A stretch of DNA of 64,000 nt, taken from IMG/VR virus record IMGVR_UViG_3300044700_000691, positions 152,816 through 216,815 of that record, one strand, 5' to 3'. Of this stretch, positions 8,956 to 17,848 are shown one piece after another. Each line of letters starts with the position of its first letter. The stretch's first letter is position 1. The position numbers were made by a program, and so were the translations under genes. Below the pieces are notes generated by a model. The model searched no databases, was not told the origin of the DNA, and saw nothing but the letters and a program-made list of their open reading frames with translations.

Positions 8956-10488
8956 TTAAATATTTTTTTCCGAGTCTAATTTATTATCATCACTAATTTC
9001 AAGCCATTCGCGTCTAACTAAAATAAGTTCAGTTGAATATTTAAATTCAGACGCTTCTGGGCTTCCATTAAATTCATATATTATATCTTTTACAATATAT
9101 GGTCCAGTCAAGTATAAATCAATTACTTCCCCTGATCCTTTGATTGAGGTGACGGGTTGTTCAAAGTTTGAATCTGGCGCAATTGCATCTGCTTCACCTG
9201 ATAATTGTCTCTTAATTAACACATCAACTTTACCACCTCGATAGATAGCTTGAGTTACTCCAGGCAGCTTAACAACCAAATAATTTTTTCCAAGTTCATC
9301 AGTATTATGGCTATTTAGTAATCTAGCAAATTTATAGTTTGCATGGCCGTTATTATAGTCAACTCCAACCCACCTACTAGTTTGTTCCTTTGAAAATGTA
9401 GCAAGCTTGGGTTTTTGATAAGTAGCATTTTTATTCTCAATTGTTTTTTCGCTCAATGGCTCAATATAGTGATTGATTGGCAGCTTATTTTCTAAATAAA
9501 ACTTTCTATCGTGCCACGTAATACTTTTCCTAAAGCTTTGTTTTGATAAAACCTCGCCGTGGTTAGAATACATTGCATAGTGTGCAATGTTGAATCCAGA
9601 ATGGGTGTCCGTGATTGACGAAGATAATAGTACATCGATTAACTCTGTGTCTTTAGGTTTATCGTCTTTTGATTCAGTCTTACTTACACTATTGACTGCA
9701 CTATATTGAGACTCCATTCCATCGCCGGCTGTTTGCATAACTTTAGTTTCTTTGCTAAGGGCTTTTTCATAATTAACAAAATTTAAAATATAATTAGTGT
9801 CGATAAAACATCCAAAAAAGCTCTTTTCGTTTTTATAGGCTCTAGCACAAATATCTTGTATGAAAGTTTCAATCGTTCCGTTTGGATTAATCCAAGTCAT
9901 TAGATCATCAGTTGAAGTTTCGTTTGTTGCAAAACCTAATTTTAGGTGATCGGCCAAACTTTTTAGTGCCTCCCATGATTTCTTTTTTGGAATACTTTGT
10001 ACAGTATTTCCATATATTCCAGGAACATATAGCTTTGCAGTAATTGTATAGATACTTTCAATGCGGCCTGCTCCAGTGTAAAGTGTACTTAACTCAGAGC
10101 TTACAATATTAGTAATTAAATAATCAGATCTAATTGGTTTTATTGCTGGCGAAAGGGACTTTATGTATAGTTTTAAAATAGGGTTGGTTCTTGGAAAATA
10201 CATTCCAGAAAATACTCCAGTATTATCAATAACACTTAGCGTCAGCTCTGGCAAAAATCCATTTTGATTTATAGAAAGAGACACTAGCCTATTTTGTGGA
10301 ACAACATAGTTATCAATTTCAACATAGGGTGCAATCAACCCAGTTACAGTTTGAATATTTGCGTTATTTGCGCGCTCGGTGGTTACTTCTGACTCTGACT
10401 CAAAACTTTCTGGATTTATATGAGAAATCCTTCTAATTTCTAAATTAGGTTGAGTAATCGCTAATATTGAATTTGGATCCAGTGCCAT
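8956..10488 (-). CDS. baseplate hub protein (gp27-like)
   Basis: Beta-barrel-like ends (LTLSVIDNTG; LPG...GGKVDV...LTGPYIVKDIIYEF...TELILVRRE); lies between gp53-like and gp5-like genes. Confidence 0.55.
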   Translation of the reverse strand: MALDPNSILAITQPNLEIRRISHINPESFESESEVTTERANNANIQTVTGLIAPYVEIDNYVVPQNRLVSLSINQNGFLPELTLSVIDNTGVFSGMYFPRTNPILKLYIKSLSPAIKPIRSDYLITNIVSSELSTLYTGAGRIESIYTITAKLYVPGIYGNTVQSIPKKKSWEALKSLADHLKLGFATNETSTDDLMTWINPNGTIETFIQDICARAYKNEKSFFGCFIDTNYILNFVNYEKALSKETKVMQTAGDGMESQYSAVNSVSKTESKDDKPKDTELIDVLLSSSITDTHSGFNIAHYAMYSNHGEVLSKQSFRKSITWHDRKFYLENKLPINHYIEPLSEKTIENKNATYQKPKLATFSKEQTSRWVGVDYNNGHANYKFARLLNSHNTDELGKNYLVVKLPGVTQAIYRGGKVDVLIKRQLSGEADAIAPDSNFEQPVTSIKGSGEVIDLYLTGPYIVKDIIYEFNGSPEASEFKYSTELILVRREWLEISDDNKLDSEKNI

Positions 10489-11057
10489 TATTTAAATATT
10501 TTTGATTCAATTAGGTTTTTTAACACATTTGATCTTGAAATTGGGGTAGGACAGTCCTGTTTATTAACCTTTGTAACATCTGCACCAAATATAACCTTTC
10601 CATTTTGAACTTTAATATTTTTATCGTTAGGCAGAGTCAAATTTGGCTGCGTCAAACTTGTTCCAAGCTTCTTTAAATATGAAAGTCTAGTTGAATCCCT
10701 TTTTGTAGCTAAAATTACGTTCGGCAAAGCTTTAACTGTGCCCTTATCTATAATATCTTCGGTTTTAACGAAATATGCATCAGGTGTATTTGGAACCCTA
10801 ATTAATTGATCTCTAACCAAACTAAATGGATTTGATATACCATTATATTTACACAAGATATCTGCATAGTTTTCAGTTCCATAATATAGAATTGATATTA
10901 AATCTGGTCGCATTTCTTCAATAGGATCAACTTTATGTAAAGTATAGTCGCTAGTTAACTGCTTACTATCAAACCTAACTGTACCTTTGCTAAGGATTTT
11001 TTGAGTAAAACTTCCTGAAAAAAATGGTTTATTTGATATAGTTTTAAATAATAACAT
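10488..11057 (-). CDS. gp53: baseplate wedge protein gp53-like (LysM-like)
   Basis: RPDLISILYYG...ADILCKYNGISNPFSL...IRVP. Confidence 0.8.
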   Translation of the reverse strand: MLLFKTISNKPFFSGSFTQKILSKGTVRFDSKQLTSDYTLHKVDPIEEMRPDLISILYYGTENYADILCKYNGISNPFSLVRDQLIRVPNTPDAYFVKTEDIIDKGTVKALPNVILATKRDSTRLSYLKKLGTSLTQPNLTLPNDKNIKVQNGKVIFGADVTKVNKQDCPTPISRSNVLKNLIESKIFK

Positions 11058-11073
11058 GGTTTACTTTATATTT

Positions 11074-12885
11074 TTATCTAGATCCGCCGACTGTACCAAC
11101 TTCAGGCGGCACATAGAAGTATACGTCCTTTAGAAATACTGCGCCTTCTCCGTCCGCTGTGCCTGCGCCATATCGATTATTTAACCAATTTGCAACTTGT
11201 CCTTGTCTGGCGTCGCTTGCGCTCTGCTTTTTCGGCTCCTCCGTGGTTCCTCTACTAGCTAATTCCTGACCTTTATTTTCTATTCCGTATGTATTAGCCT
11301 GATCATATGTGTGTCCTACAAATGTTTCAACATAATCGGTTCGACCTAAGTTAAACGTTTGTCTAATATCAGCACTATCTCTTGGTCTGGTTGGAGAAAG
11401 AGTTACTGTAAATTTTAAATCAATTGGAAAATCTTCTGGACCCAATTCTTCGCCAAAATCCAATGAACAGCTTCTAACAATAACATCTCCAATTCTCATA
11501 ATTGGATTCATTGGGTTGCCTATTGTTAAGTGCCAGTTCCCAGTTGGCATGTCTGGAACATTTGCTCTCTGTTGAACAAATGCAGGAAAACTGTCGGCTA
11601 GTGCCTTTGTTATTTCAACATTAAGAGCTGCCTCCATGGAAGCTTTGTCTGCTGCTGACATACCTTCATATGGGTTAACATTAAAATCACCACTTAATAC
11701 AGATTTAGCAGTACCCACTACTACATTGGTAGCAGTCTTTGCCAAAGCCGGCGCTAATTTGCCTGCCAATTTTAAAATTGAACCTGCCCTGGCCTTGGCG
11801 ATATCGGTAAATGCAGCAAGTAACTTATCTGGATTTAATCCGCCTGAAACAAAGGCACTTTCTAGTAGAGCCTGTTCAGTTGGTGCAAGTGCAAGTCCTA
11901 GTTTTTTATAGTAGACGTTTAGTGACTGCAACCATTCTCCATCAGAATAGGTTAAAGCTAGCATGTTTGCAATAATGTCTAGTGCAACTCTTTTTTGACT
12001 CATCCCAAAATACGAATCAGTTTTATATTCAAATATAATTACCCAATTGGCATCTTGAGCAGTAGTCGAAAGCCCTCTATCCCTAATTAAAAAATCTTTT
12101 TTAACATTAACTGGACCTTGTATTTGATTAAAAAAGGCGCCATTATCTGCCCATAATCCCTTTAAATAAATTTGTTCATTTTCTTCAATTTTAGCCCTAC
12201 CGTATTGGTCAGCGGTTCCGCCACCAGCTATTCCATCTGCCTGATTTGCTAGATTTTCTACCGCTGCTATGAGAGCTTTATTCGCGCCGCTTGCACTTAA
12301 ACCTTTAACTAGGGATTGTGTAAAATTAGTAACATTATTTCCCGCAACTTCCTTAGGCGCAGTGTCCTTTTTTGTCCAAGCCAGCGACCATGTACTTTGC
12401 CAAATTTTGTTTAGGTCATTACCCGTTCCAGCCCCAAACCAAGTTACAGCCTGTGCGACTGGTATATTTTGAACCGGTTTTGCTCTTTTAATTGCAGCAT
12501 CGTCATTTGATGCTAACGGAAATTTTCTAAGGGTTATAAGTCGGTTGTTTGGCACAATTCCATACCATTTACAAAATAGGAAATCTGACCATGTGTATGG
12601 CGAGTTTTTTATGCCATACTTACTATTATCTTGATTGACTGGAATAGTTTTAGCCCAGTCAACAATAGCAGATGCAGTTGGATTACTAATAATATGAGGC
12701 GCGGCCCCATGTCTTGAACTTTGATTATTGGATGAATAGGTTGATTCATCAATTATATCAACTCCACCACTATACTTAAACACATAAAATGCATTAAATA
12801 GAGAAGTGGCTCCGCCCGATGACTGTGGAGCACCGGTTTTGGTATCTATAACTGGAACTTCTTGTCCTTTACTGCCTGTTGCCAT
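11074..12885 (-). CDS. putative baseplate-tail tube junction protein (gp48-like)
   Basis: C-terminal tube-fold-like segment WHLTIGNPMNPIMRIGDVIVRSCSLDF...FPIDLKFTVTL; first gene of the baseplate operon. Confidence 0.5.
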   Translation of the reverse strand: MATGSKGQEVPVIDTKTGAPQSSGGATSLFNAFYVFKYSGGVDIIDESTYSSNNQSSRHGAAPHIISNPTASAIVDWAKTIPVNQDNSKYGIKNSPYTWSDFLFCKWYGIVPNNRLITLRKFPLASNDDAAIKRAKPVQNIPVAQAVTWFGAGTGNDLNKIWQSTWSLAWTKKDTAPKEVAGNNVTNFTQSLVKGLSASGANKALIAAVENLANQADGIAGGGTADQYGRAKIEENEQIYLKGLWADNGAFFNQIQGPVNVKKDFLIRDRGLSTTAQDANWVIIFEYKTDSYFGMSQKRVALDIIANMLALTYSDGEWLQSLNVYYKKLGLALAPTEQALLESAFVSGGLNPDKLLAAFTDIAKARAGSILKLAGKLAPALAKTATNVVVGTAKSVLSGDFNVNPYEGMSAADKASMEAALNVEITKALADSFPAFVQQRANVPDMPTGNWHLTIGNPMNPIMRIGDVIVRSCSLDFGEELGPEDFPIDLKFTVTLSPTRPRDSADIRQTFNLGRTDYVETFVGHTYDQANTYGIENKGQELASRGTTEEPKKQSASDARQGQVANWLNNRYGAGTADGEGAVFLKDVYFYVPPEVGTVGGSR

Positions 12886-12948
12886 TTAGTTAATCCTTTT
12901 TATTATCTATTTGTGACAATAAAAGAGTTCGTATGCGGAGGTAATGGA

Positions 12949-13668
12949 TTATCCGTGAAACGGATCGAGATCTGGATTAGGAATCATTTTCCAGCGTCTT
13001 TCTAGGTTCATGCCTTGGCCTCTAGCTAATTGAATCTCTGTTGAGTGATCTTTAATTGCATTTAGTGCACCAATATAATCACGTCGATCAACAAACGATT
13101 GAACATAGTCAGCAACATCATCAGTTAAAGAAACTCTATAAACAACTGGATGGCGCTGTTGATTAAAGCTGCAGCGCATCATCATCATATTTAGCTGACC
13201 ATTGTATGCTTGCATTACGCTCTTTCGGGTCGGGGCAGTTTCATCAGCAAGACCTAAATCATGGATTCTATCTAATTGATTTAGGTAATTATGATCAATA
13301 TTTTCTTTAGTAAAAGATTCTACACCATGACAATCTGCAATACCAAAGTACCAACTAGCTGGCTTCTTTGCTTCATTTAAAAAAGAAGAAAAGGTTAGTA
13401 CTCTACTTTCAGGCAACGGCTCATTTACATCAATTAGGTCTAGATCTGCATCGCGAAGATCGTAAATCTCGTCAAAGGTTGTACCTTCGAACTCAATAGG
13501 TTCTTCTAAATCGACCATGTATAAAGTTTGATCTGGTGCATAGTCTAATCTATAGACTTTGCCAATAGTAACAATTTTATTATCAATTGGGGCGCCTACC
13601 AGATTGAGACGGTCCATTGTATCTTTAGATAATCTAAGCTTAACTTTATCGCCGATTTCAAATGCCAT
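12949..13668 (-). CDS. hypothetical protein, N-terminal SH3/KOW-like domain, internal capsid-targeting-like motif
   Basis: FEIGDKVKL start; ESRVLTFSSFLNEA. Confidence 0.7.
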   Translation of the reverse strand: MAFEIGDKVKLRLSKDTMDRLNLVGAPIDNKIVTIGKVYRLDYAPDQTLYMVDLEEPIEFEGTTFDEIYDLRDADLDLIDVNEPLPESRVLTFSSFLNEAKKPASWYFGIADCHGVESFTKENIDHNYLNQLDRIHDLGLADETAPTRKSVMQAYNGQLNMMMMRCSFNQQRHPVVYRVSLTDDVADYVQSFVDRRDYIGALNAIKDHSTEIQLARGQGMNLERRWKMIPNPDLDPFHG

Positions 13669-13669
13669 T

Positions 13670-13936
13670 TTATGATTTATAGATTTTTACAACCAAATTA
13701 CCATCGCCTTTAATTAGTCGATGCCAATCGTGCTTTTTAATATTTATTCGATTGGTTTGATTTAACTCTATAGGTAGTGAGTTATCTAATTGGATTTTCC
13801 AGCCATTACCCTCAATCAATTCAAGAGCACGATCTTCATCATCCCTATGCCATAATAGTTCAATTGGATCCACTGCTTGGGTGAATTTTCGTATTACCCA
13901 GTTATCACCAGATGCTATATCTTTATATGGATGCAT
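13670..13936 (-). CDS. small cupin-like phage protein
   Basis: LLWHRDDEDR...GWKIQLDNSLP...WHRLIKG; start moved to MHPY, 1 nt after the upstream stop. Confidence 0.65.
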   Translation of the reverse strand: MHPYKDIASGDNWVIRKFTQAVDPIELLWHRDDEDRALELIEGNGWKIQLDNSLPIELNQTNRINIKKHDWHRLIKGDGNLVVKIYKS

Positions 13937-13937
13937 G

Positions 13938-14414
13938 TTACCTAGTCTTTTTGACATCTGCCCAAGATTTACTTGGACCTGCCGCATTTACTCTAGCCAT
14001 TGCCCATTGATGAGCAGTCATTCCTGGTCTGGAACCAGAAGAGTAGAATGCACCTAGACCTTTGGAATATTCTCGTTTTAAATCAGCAAACGAATAACCC
14101 TTTTTAGTAGCAACTGCCCTAATTTTAGCTAGGGTTTCTTTGCTAAGGTTAGAAGATTTTTTCTTATCCGCCTCAGTTACCTTTGAATCAGGTCTTGGCG
14201 TATTTTTCCAACCAGATTTCTTTCGTTCAGCGGCCTCCATCTCATCTCTAAGTTTATATGCAGCATCCTTTTTACCGCTATCTAATAAACTCTTCGCTTT
14301 ATCTAGCTTTTTATCTCTAGAACTTCCTTCTGGGGCTTTATATTGAGCTGGATTTTCAAGAGTCGACTTTTTCTCAAGTAAACTTATGTATTCATTAAAT
14401 GGTTTTACGTACAT
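13938..14414 (-). CDS. DUF5824-like protein with capsid-targeting-like N-terminus
   Basis: YSKGLGAFYSSGSRPGMTAHQWAMARVN motif (family recalled, not searched); MYVKPFNEYISLLE. Confidence 0.6.
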   Translation of the reverse strand: MYVKPFNEYISLLEKKSTLENPAQYKAPEGSSRDKKLDKAKSLLDSGKKDAAYKLRDEMEAAERKKSGWKNTPRPDSKVTEADKKKSSNLSKETLAKIRAVATKKGYSFADLKREYSKGLGAFYSSGSRPGMTAHQWAMARVNAAGPSKSWADVKKTR

Positions 14415-14417
14415 CGT

Positions 14418-14705
14418 TTATGACTTTTTATTTAGTTGGCGCTTTACCTCGGCTCTAACCTTTTCCATCTTTTTAGCATAGGCTGGATTATCATTACGAT
14501 TAAATACAATTTGCTGGTTAAGGCTACCTGTAATTTTTCTCATATCGCCGCCTCTAGTTTTAATTAACCATGAAGCTAAGGCTTTGATTCCAAGGCTTTT
14601 AAATCTACCATTTGCATCAGGGGCATTTGAATCGTGCCAATCTGGTGAGTTTTTGGTTTTTCTTGCCTCTGTAATAAATTCTGTGTATGTAAGTATATTA
14701 TTCAT
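14418..14705 (-). CDS. basic hypothetical protein, probable internal head protein
   Basis: True start MNNILTYTEFITEA at 14705, 4 nt after the upstream stop; very close to T4 CTS MKTYQEFIAE. Confidence 0.75.
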   Translation of the reverse strand: MNNILTYTEFITEARKTKNSPDWHDSNAPDANGRFKSLGIKALASWLIKTRGGDMRKITGSLNQQIVFNRNDNPAYAKKMEKVRAEVKRQLNKKS

Positions 14706-14709
14706 ATAA

Positions 14710-15237
14710 TTACCAGTACCCCGGATAAGTTTTACCGCCCCAAAGATGAGCATATCGATTTATTCGGCAAGCCCAATATCCAGCTTTGGTTTTGTCTTTC
14801 TTTAGGTGACATTGATGTCTAGCTGCAAATGATGCTCTAGCCTTTGGATTGCTTACCTTTGCGGTAAGGCCTCCATGGATATCGCCGAATGCAATTTTAA
14901 TGATTTTGCCAGTTTTTGGATTTTTAACGTAGACATGATACTTTTTAGCACCACCTCGTTTTGGATAGTTTAGGTCAACTTCTCGACCTTTATATTCAGC
15001 CTCATTAAGTTCTTCAATTGGAAAATCTAGTGGCACTGGCTCCCCTAAATATTCTCCAATAAAACCTAAATCAGTTTTTATGAATAATTCCTCTGTAATA
15101 GAATCAAATGTAACCCCATTTTCAAAATAAAACCTAGCCTCAGTTAATAACGAAATATGTGCATCACTGCCCGGCCTAAAGGCGGATTCGGCAATACATA
15201 TATTTTCATTTAAATGATACTGTAGATTAGGCGACAT
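14710..15237 (-). CDS. conserved T4-like phage protein (DUF5754-like C-terminus)
   Basis: KKYHVYVKNPKTG...IAFGD...KARASFAARHQC...AGYWAC motif (family recalled). Confidence 0.6.
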   Translation of the reverse strand: MSPNLQYHLNENICIAESAFRPGSDAHISLLTEARFYFENGVTFDSITEELFIKTDLGFIGEYLGEPVPLDFPIEELNEAEYKGREVDLNYPKRGGAKKYHVYVKNPKTGKIIKIAFGDIHGGLTAKVSNPKARASFAARHQCHLKKDKTKAGYWACRINRYAHLWGGKTYPGYW

Positions 15238-15251
15238 TTAATAATTAGATT

Positions 15252-15596
15252 TTAGTATTCCTTTGGGTCTTCTTGAATTAGTTCCTTATCTTGAGAATCG
15301 TTAACTTCATTAATTAAAAAGTTAAATACCTCTTCTACGTCATCTTTTGATGTAGCAATATGGTCAGCTGCCCATGCGTGTCCGTTTTTCAAAATTTCAT
15401 CAACACTAGACTCGTCCATTTCTAATAAAAGATCAACACATCTTTTAATTGTTTTAAGATTTCCAAAAAACATATAATTTTCATATTCAGCTTCATGTGA
15501 ATCTTCTTTGCTGTGTATTGGTTCAGCTGCTAGTTGAATTTGAGTTGGCTCGAAATCTTCTTGTGAAAATGATTCGAAAGTTTTAATTTTTTGCAT
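15252..15596 (-). CDS. hypothetical protein with capsid-targeting-like N-terminus
   Basis: MQKIKTFESF; acidic; tightly packed in operon. Confidence 0.7.
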   Translation of the reverse strand: MQKIKTFESFSQEDFEPTQIQLAAEPIHSKEDSHEAEYENYMFFGNLKTIKRCVDLLLEMDESSVDEILKNGHAWAADHIATSKDDVEEVFNFLINEVNDSQDKELIQEDPKEY

Positions 15597-15597
15597 T

Positions 15598-17211
15598 TTA
15601 CTTTTTATTTAAATTTTTATAAAAGCTAGTAAAGTCTAAAATATTTCTATTAGCTTTTTTAGATTTCTTTGGTTGAAAATTATCACCAGAACCTGGTGAA
15701 GTTTGAGTTGGCGCAATTGGATTACCCATGCCGCCGATACTTGCTGGTGTTTGCATTGCTACACCTGGTGATGCAACATCCTCTTTAACTTGACCGGATC
15801 CAACTTTAGTTGCTCCTTTAATTTTACTTTGTGGTGCATCTAGTCCGCTTTCTGCACTTGTAAATAAGAAGCGTGTCCACTTTTCAGCTTTTAATTGAGC
15901 CTCTTTACCACCAGTCACCTTGGCAGTTCTTGAAATGGTTCTTCCAATAATAGGTAAAGTTGCTTGTCTAAATCTTGCGAGTTGAGCTCCAAGATTCTTT
16001 TGCTCTTCTCCTTGATATTCGACAGTTGCCGATAGCGTACCAAGATAGGTTCCAATCTTTAGTAGATAATTAATTCGGCTGGAGTCTAACATTTGTTTAG
16101 ACGTAATTGCAATTTTAGTTCTTTCAAATAGAGGAAGCTTAATTTCTGGAGAATAGGCAACTCCCTTATAACGACTTATGTCAAGGTCAGTTTTATATTT
16201 TCCAAGACGAGTCCTTGCCTCTAAGTATGCCTCAATTGCCTCAACCATATATTGTTTCTTGGCCGAATCGTCGAGAGTCTGTAACATAGTTCGACGTTTT
16301 GTAATAGCATCAATTTCGCCTCGCTCATCCGTCATAATCATAATACGAACTTTTACAAATTGAGACTCTAATGTATTTAGGTCTGGCCAATTTCTAAGTT
16401 CTTCGATTGCATTTCTAATAATAACGTCACGTTTAACTAATTTCTCAGCCTTACCGCCAGTTCGCTTATTAAAATCCTCTGACGATTTCTTGAAGTCGTC
16501 AACATCATTATCCATTTCCGTTTGAACTTCTTCCCATTCAACATCAATAATATCTGGTTCAGGCTTCTTTTTATCCTCATCTTTATTTGAAAAGTCTGAA
16601 ATAATATAGGCTACCTTTACCGAGTCTTCTGCTGTTTTTCTAAAGTCTTCAGAATCTGCAGTCGTACCATCCATTTTTTCCTTGGCAGAGCTAACTAATG
16701 TTTTAGTAACCTCAGCTTCAGTTTTCTTTTGATCAGTAAATGAAATTTTAATTTTATCAAGCAGGTCATTAACCTCGGCTGTCCAATTGCTCTCCTCAAT
16801 GGTTTGATATGCTTCCCATACAATAGCCATTCGACCTTTGTATGCTCGTATTCTCTCTAACTGTAATTCAATGTCTTCGCCATCTTTAATCATTTGATCA
16901 AGAACTTCGGTTTCAATTTTTAAAGTTTGAGAAATAAAATCAATATACTTATTTAAAATATCAATCCATTCTTTATTAAGAAAAGCTTGGCTTAATTGCT
17001 GAAGAACCTGAGGATCAGTCTTTGCCTTATTTAAAATATCATTTTCGATAAGTCTTGATAAAAACTCATCGACCTTCTTCATGATATCCTCCTCCTTTTT
17101 ATTGGAGCCTTTGGCAAATGTGATAATATCAGAAATTTCATTTCCAATAATAATTAATTCAGATTCTAATAGAAGCTGTTCGAGGATATGTATGTGTTTA
17201 AATTTCAGCAT
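15598..17211 (-). CDS. 537-aa helical protein with C-terminal copy of the major capsid N-arm
   Basis: Long ORF; C-terminal 35 aa are 18/35 identical and ungapped to the gp23 N-arm; ends with ILDFTSF motif. Confidence 0.8.
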   Translation of the reverse strand: MLKFKHIHILEQLLLESELIIIGNEISDIITFAKGSNKKEEDIMKKVDEFLSRLIENDILNKAKTDPQVLQQLSQAFLNKEWIDILNKYIDFISQTLKIETEVLDQMIKDGEDIELQLERIRAYKGRMAIVWEAYQTIEESNWTAEVNDLLDKIKISFTDQKKTEAEVTKTLVSSAKEKMDGTTADSEDFRKTAEDSVKVAYIISDFSNKDEDKKKPEPDIIDVEWEEVQTEMDNDVDDFKKSSEDFNKRTGGKAEKLVKRDVIIRNAIEELRNWPDLNTLESQFVKVRIMIMTDERGEIDAITKRRTMLQTLDDSAKKQYMVEAIEAYLEARTRLGKYKTDLDISRYKGVAYSPEIKLPLFERTKIAITSKQMLDSSRINYLLKIGTYLGTLSATVEYQGEEQKNLGAQLARFRQATLPIIGRTISRTAKVTGGKEAQLKAEKWTRFLFTSAESGLDAPQSKIKGATKVGSGQVKEDVASPGVAMQTPASIGGMGNPIAPTQTSPGSGDNFQPKKSKKANRNILDFTSFYKNLNKK

Positions 17212-17630
17212 TAGTCTAGGGTTAATCTGTATGCAAGTTTATTCTTTAATGATAAAAACTCGTCTCTTACATTGTATAATTCAGTGTTTGTTTCTTGATC
17301 AAATATTTCACAAAAATCTTGTTGAAATACTCTTTCGATATTTTGAATAAAAATTGGCATTGCTTGATCGTAGTCCATAACTAGAATTGCGCAGCCTCCA
17401 ACTTTAAATCTGCCAAATTTACCAATGATCTGTTCAGCAATTTCATCAACTAATCCTAAGAAATCATCATAAAATGCACCAAATGCATTGTGTTGAGCTT
17501 CGTTTGTAGTTTGCCAATGTAAAATATGAGCCTGGTCTCTAATTTGCAGTAGACTTAACATAAATGTAGATACATCCATGGCATCAGTCTGTGGCTCGTC
17601 TAACCCGCTTTGTAATTCAAATGGAATCAT
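17211..17630 (-). CDS. ferritin/Dps-like protein (DUF5856-like)
   Basis: QAHILHWQT...HNAFGAFYDDFLGLVDEIAEQIIG, a four-helix ferroxidase-type pattern; start moved to MIPF (ATGA overlap with upstream small ORF). Confidence 0.7.
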   Translation of the reverse strand: MIPFELQSGLDEPQTDAMDVSTFMLSLLQIRDQAHILHWQTTNEAQHNAFGAFYDDFLGLVDEIAEQIIGKFGRFKVGGCAILVMDYDQAMPIFIQNIERVFQQDFCEIFDQETNTELYNVRDEFLSLKNKLAYRLTLD

Positions 17631-17806
17631 TTCTTTGTAGTATGTTTTTTCCAATCGGCGAATGGTTTAATCCAAAAGGTCCGATTAGTTTCCTTTTGTA
17701 AAAGATCCATAATCTTATTGTCTCCACTTGGATGCTGCATAACTGCATTTTCCAATCTGGCTTTACCCTGAAGATAAGCTTTGTAGTTTTTCTGAGAAGA
17801 ATTCAC
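17627..17806 (-). CDS. 59-aa protein missed by ORF track (MNSSQKNYKAYLQGKARLENAVMQHPSGDNKIMDLLQKETNRTFWIKPFADWKKHTTKK)
   Basis: GTG start 20 nt after AATAAATA; fills the gap; ATGA overlap with next gene; C-terminal IKPFADW motif. Confidence 0.7.
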   Translation of the reverse strand: MNSSQKNYKAYLQGKARLENAVMQHPSGDNKIMDLLQKETNRTFWIKPFADWKKHTTKK

Positions 17807-17848
17807 AAGTTTCGCCCTTTTAGGATATTTATTAGAGCAAGGCTAGAC

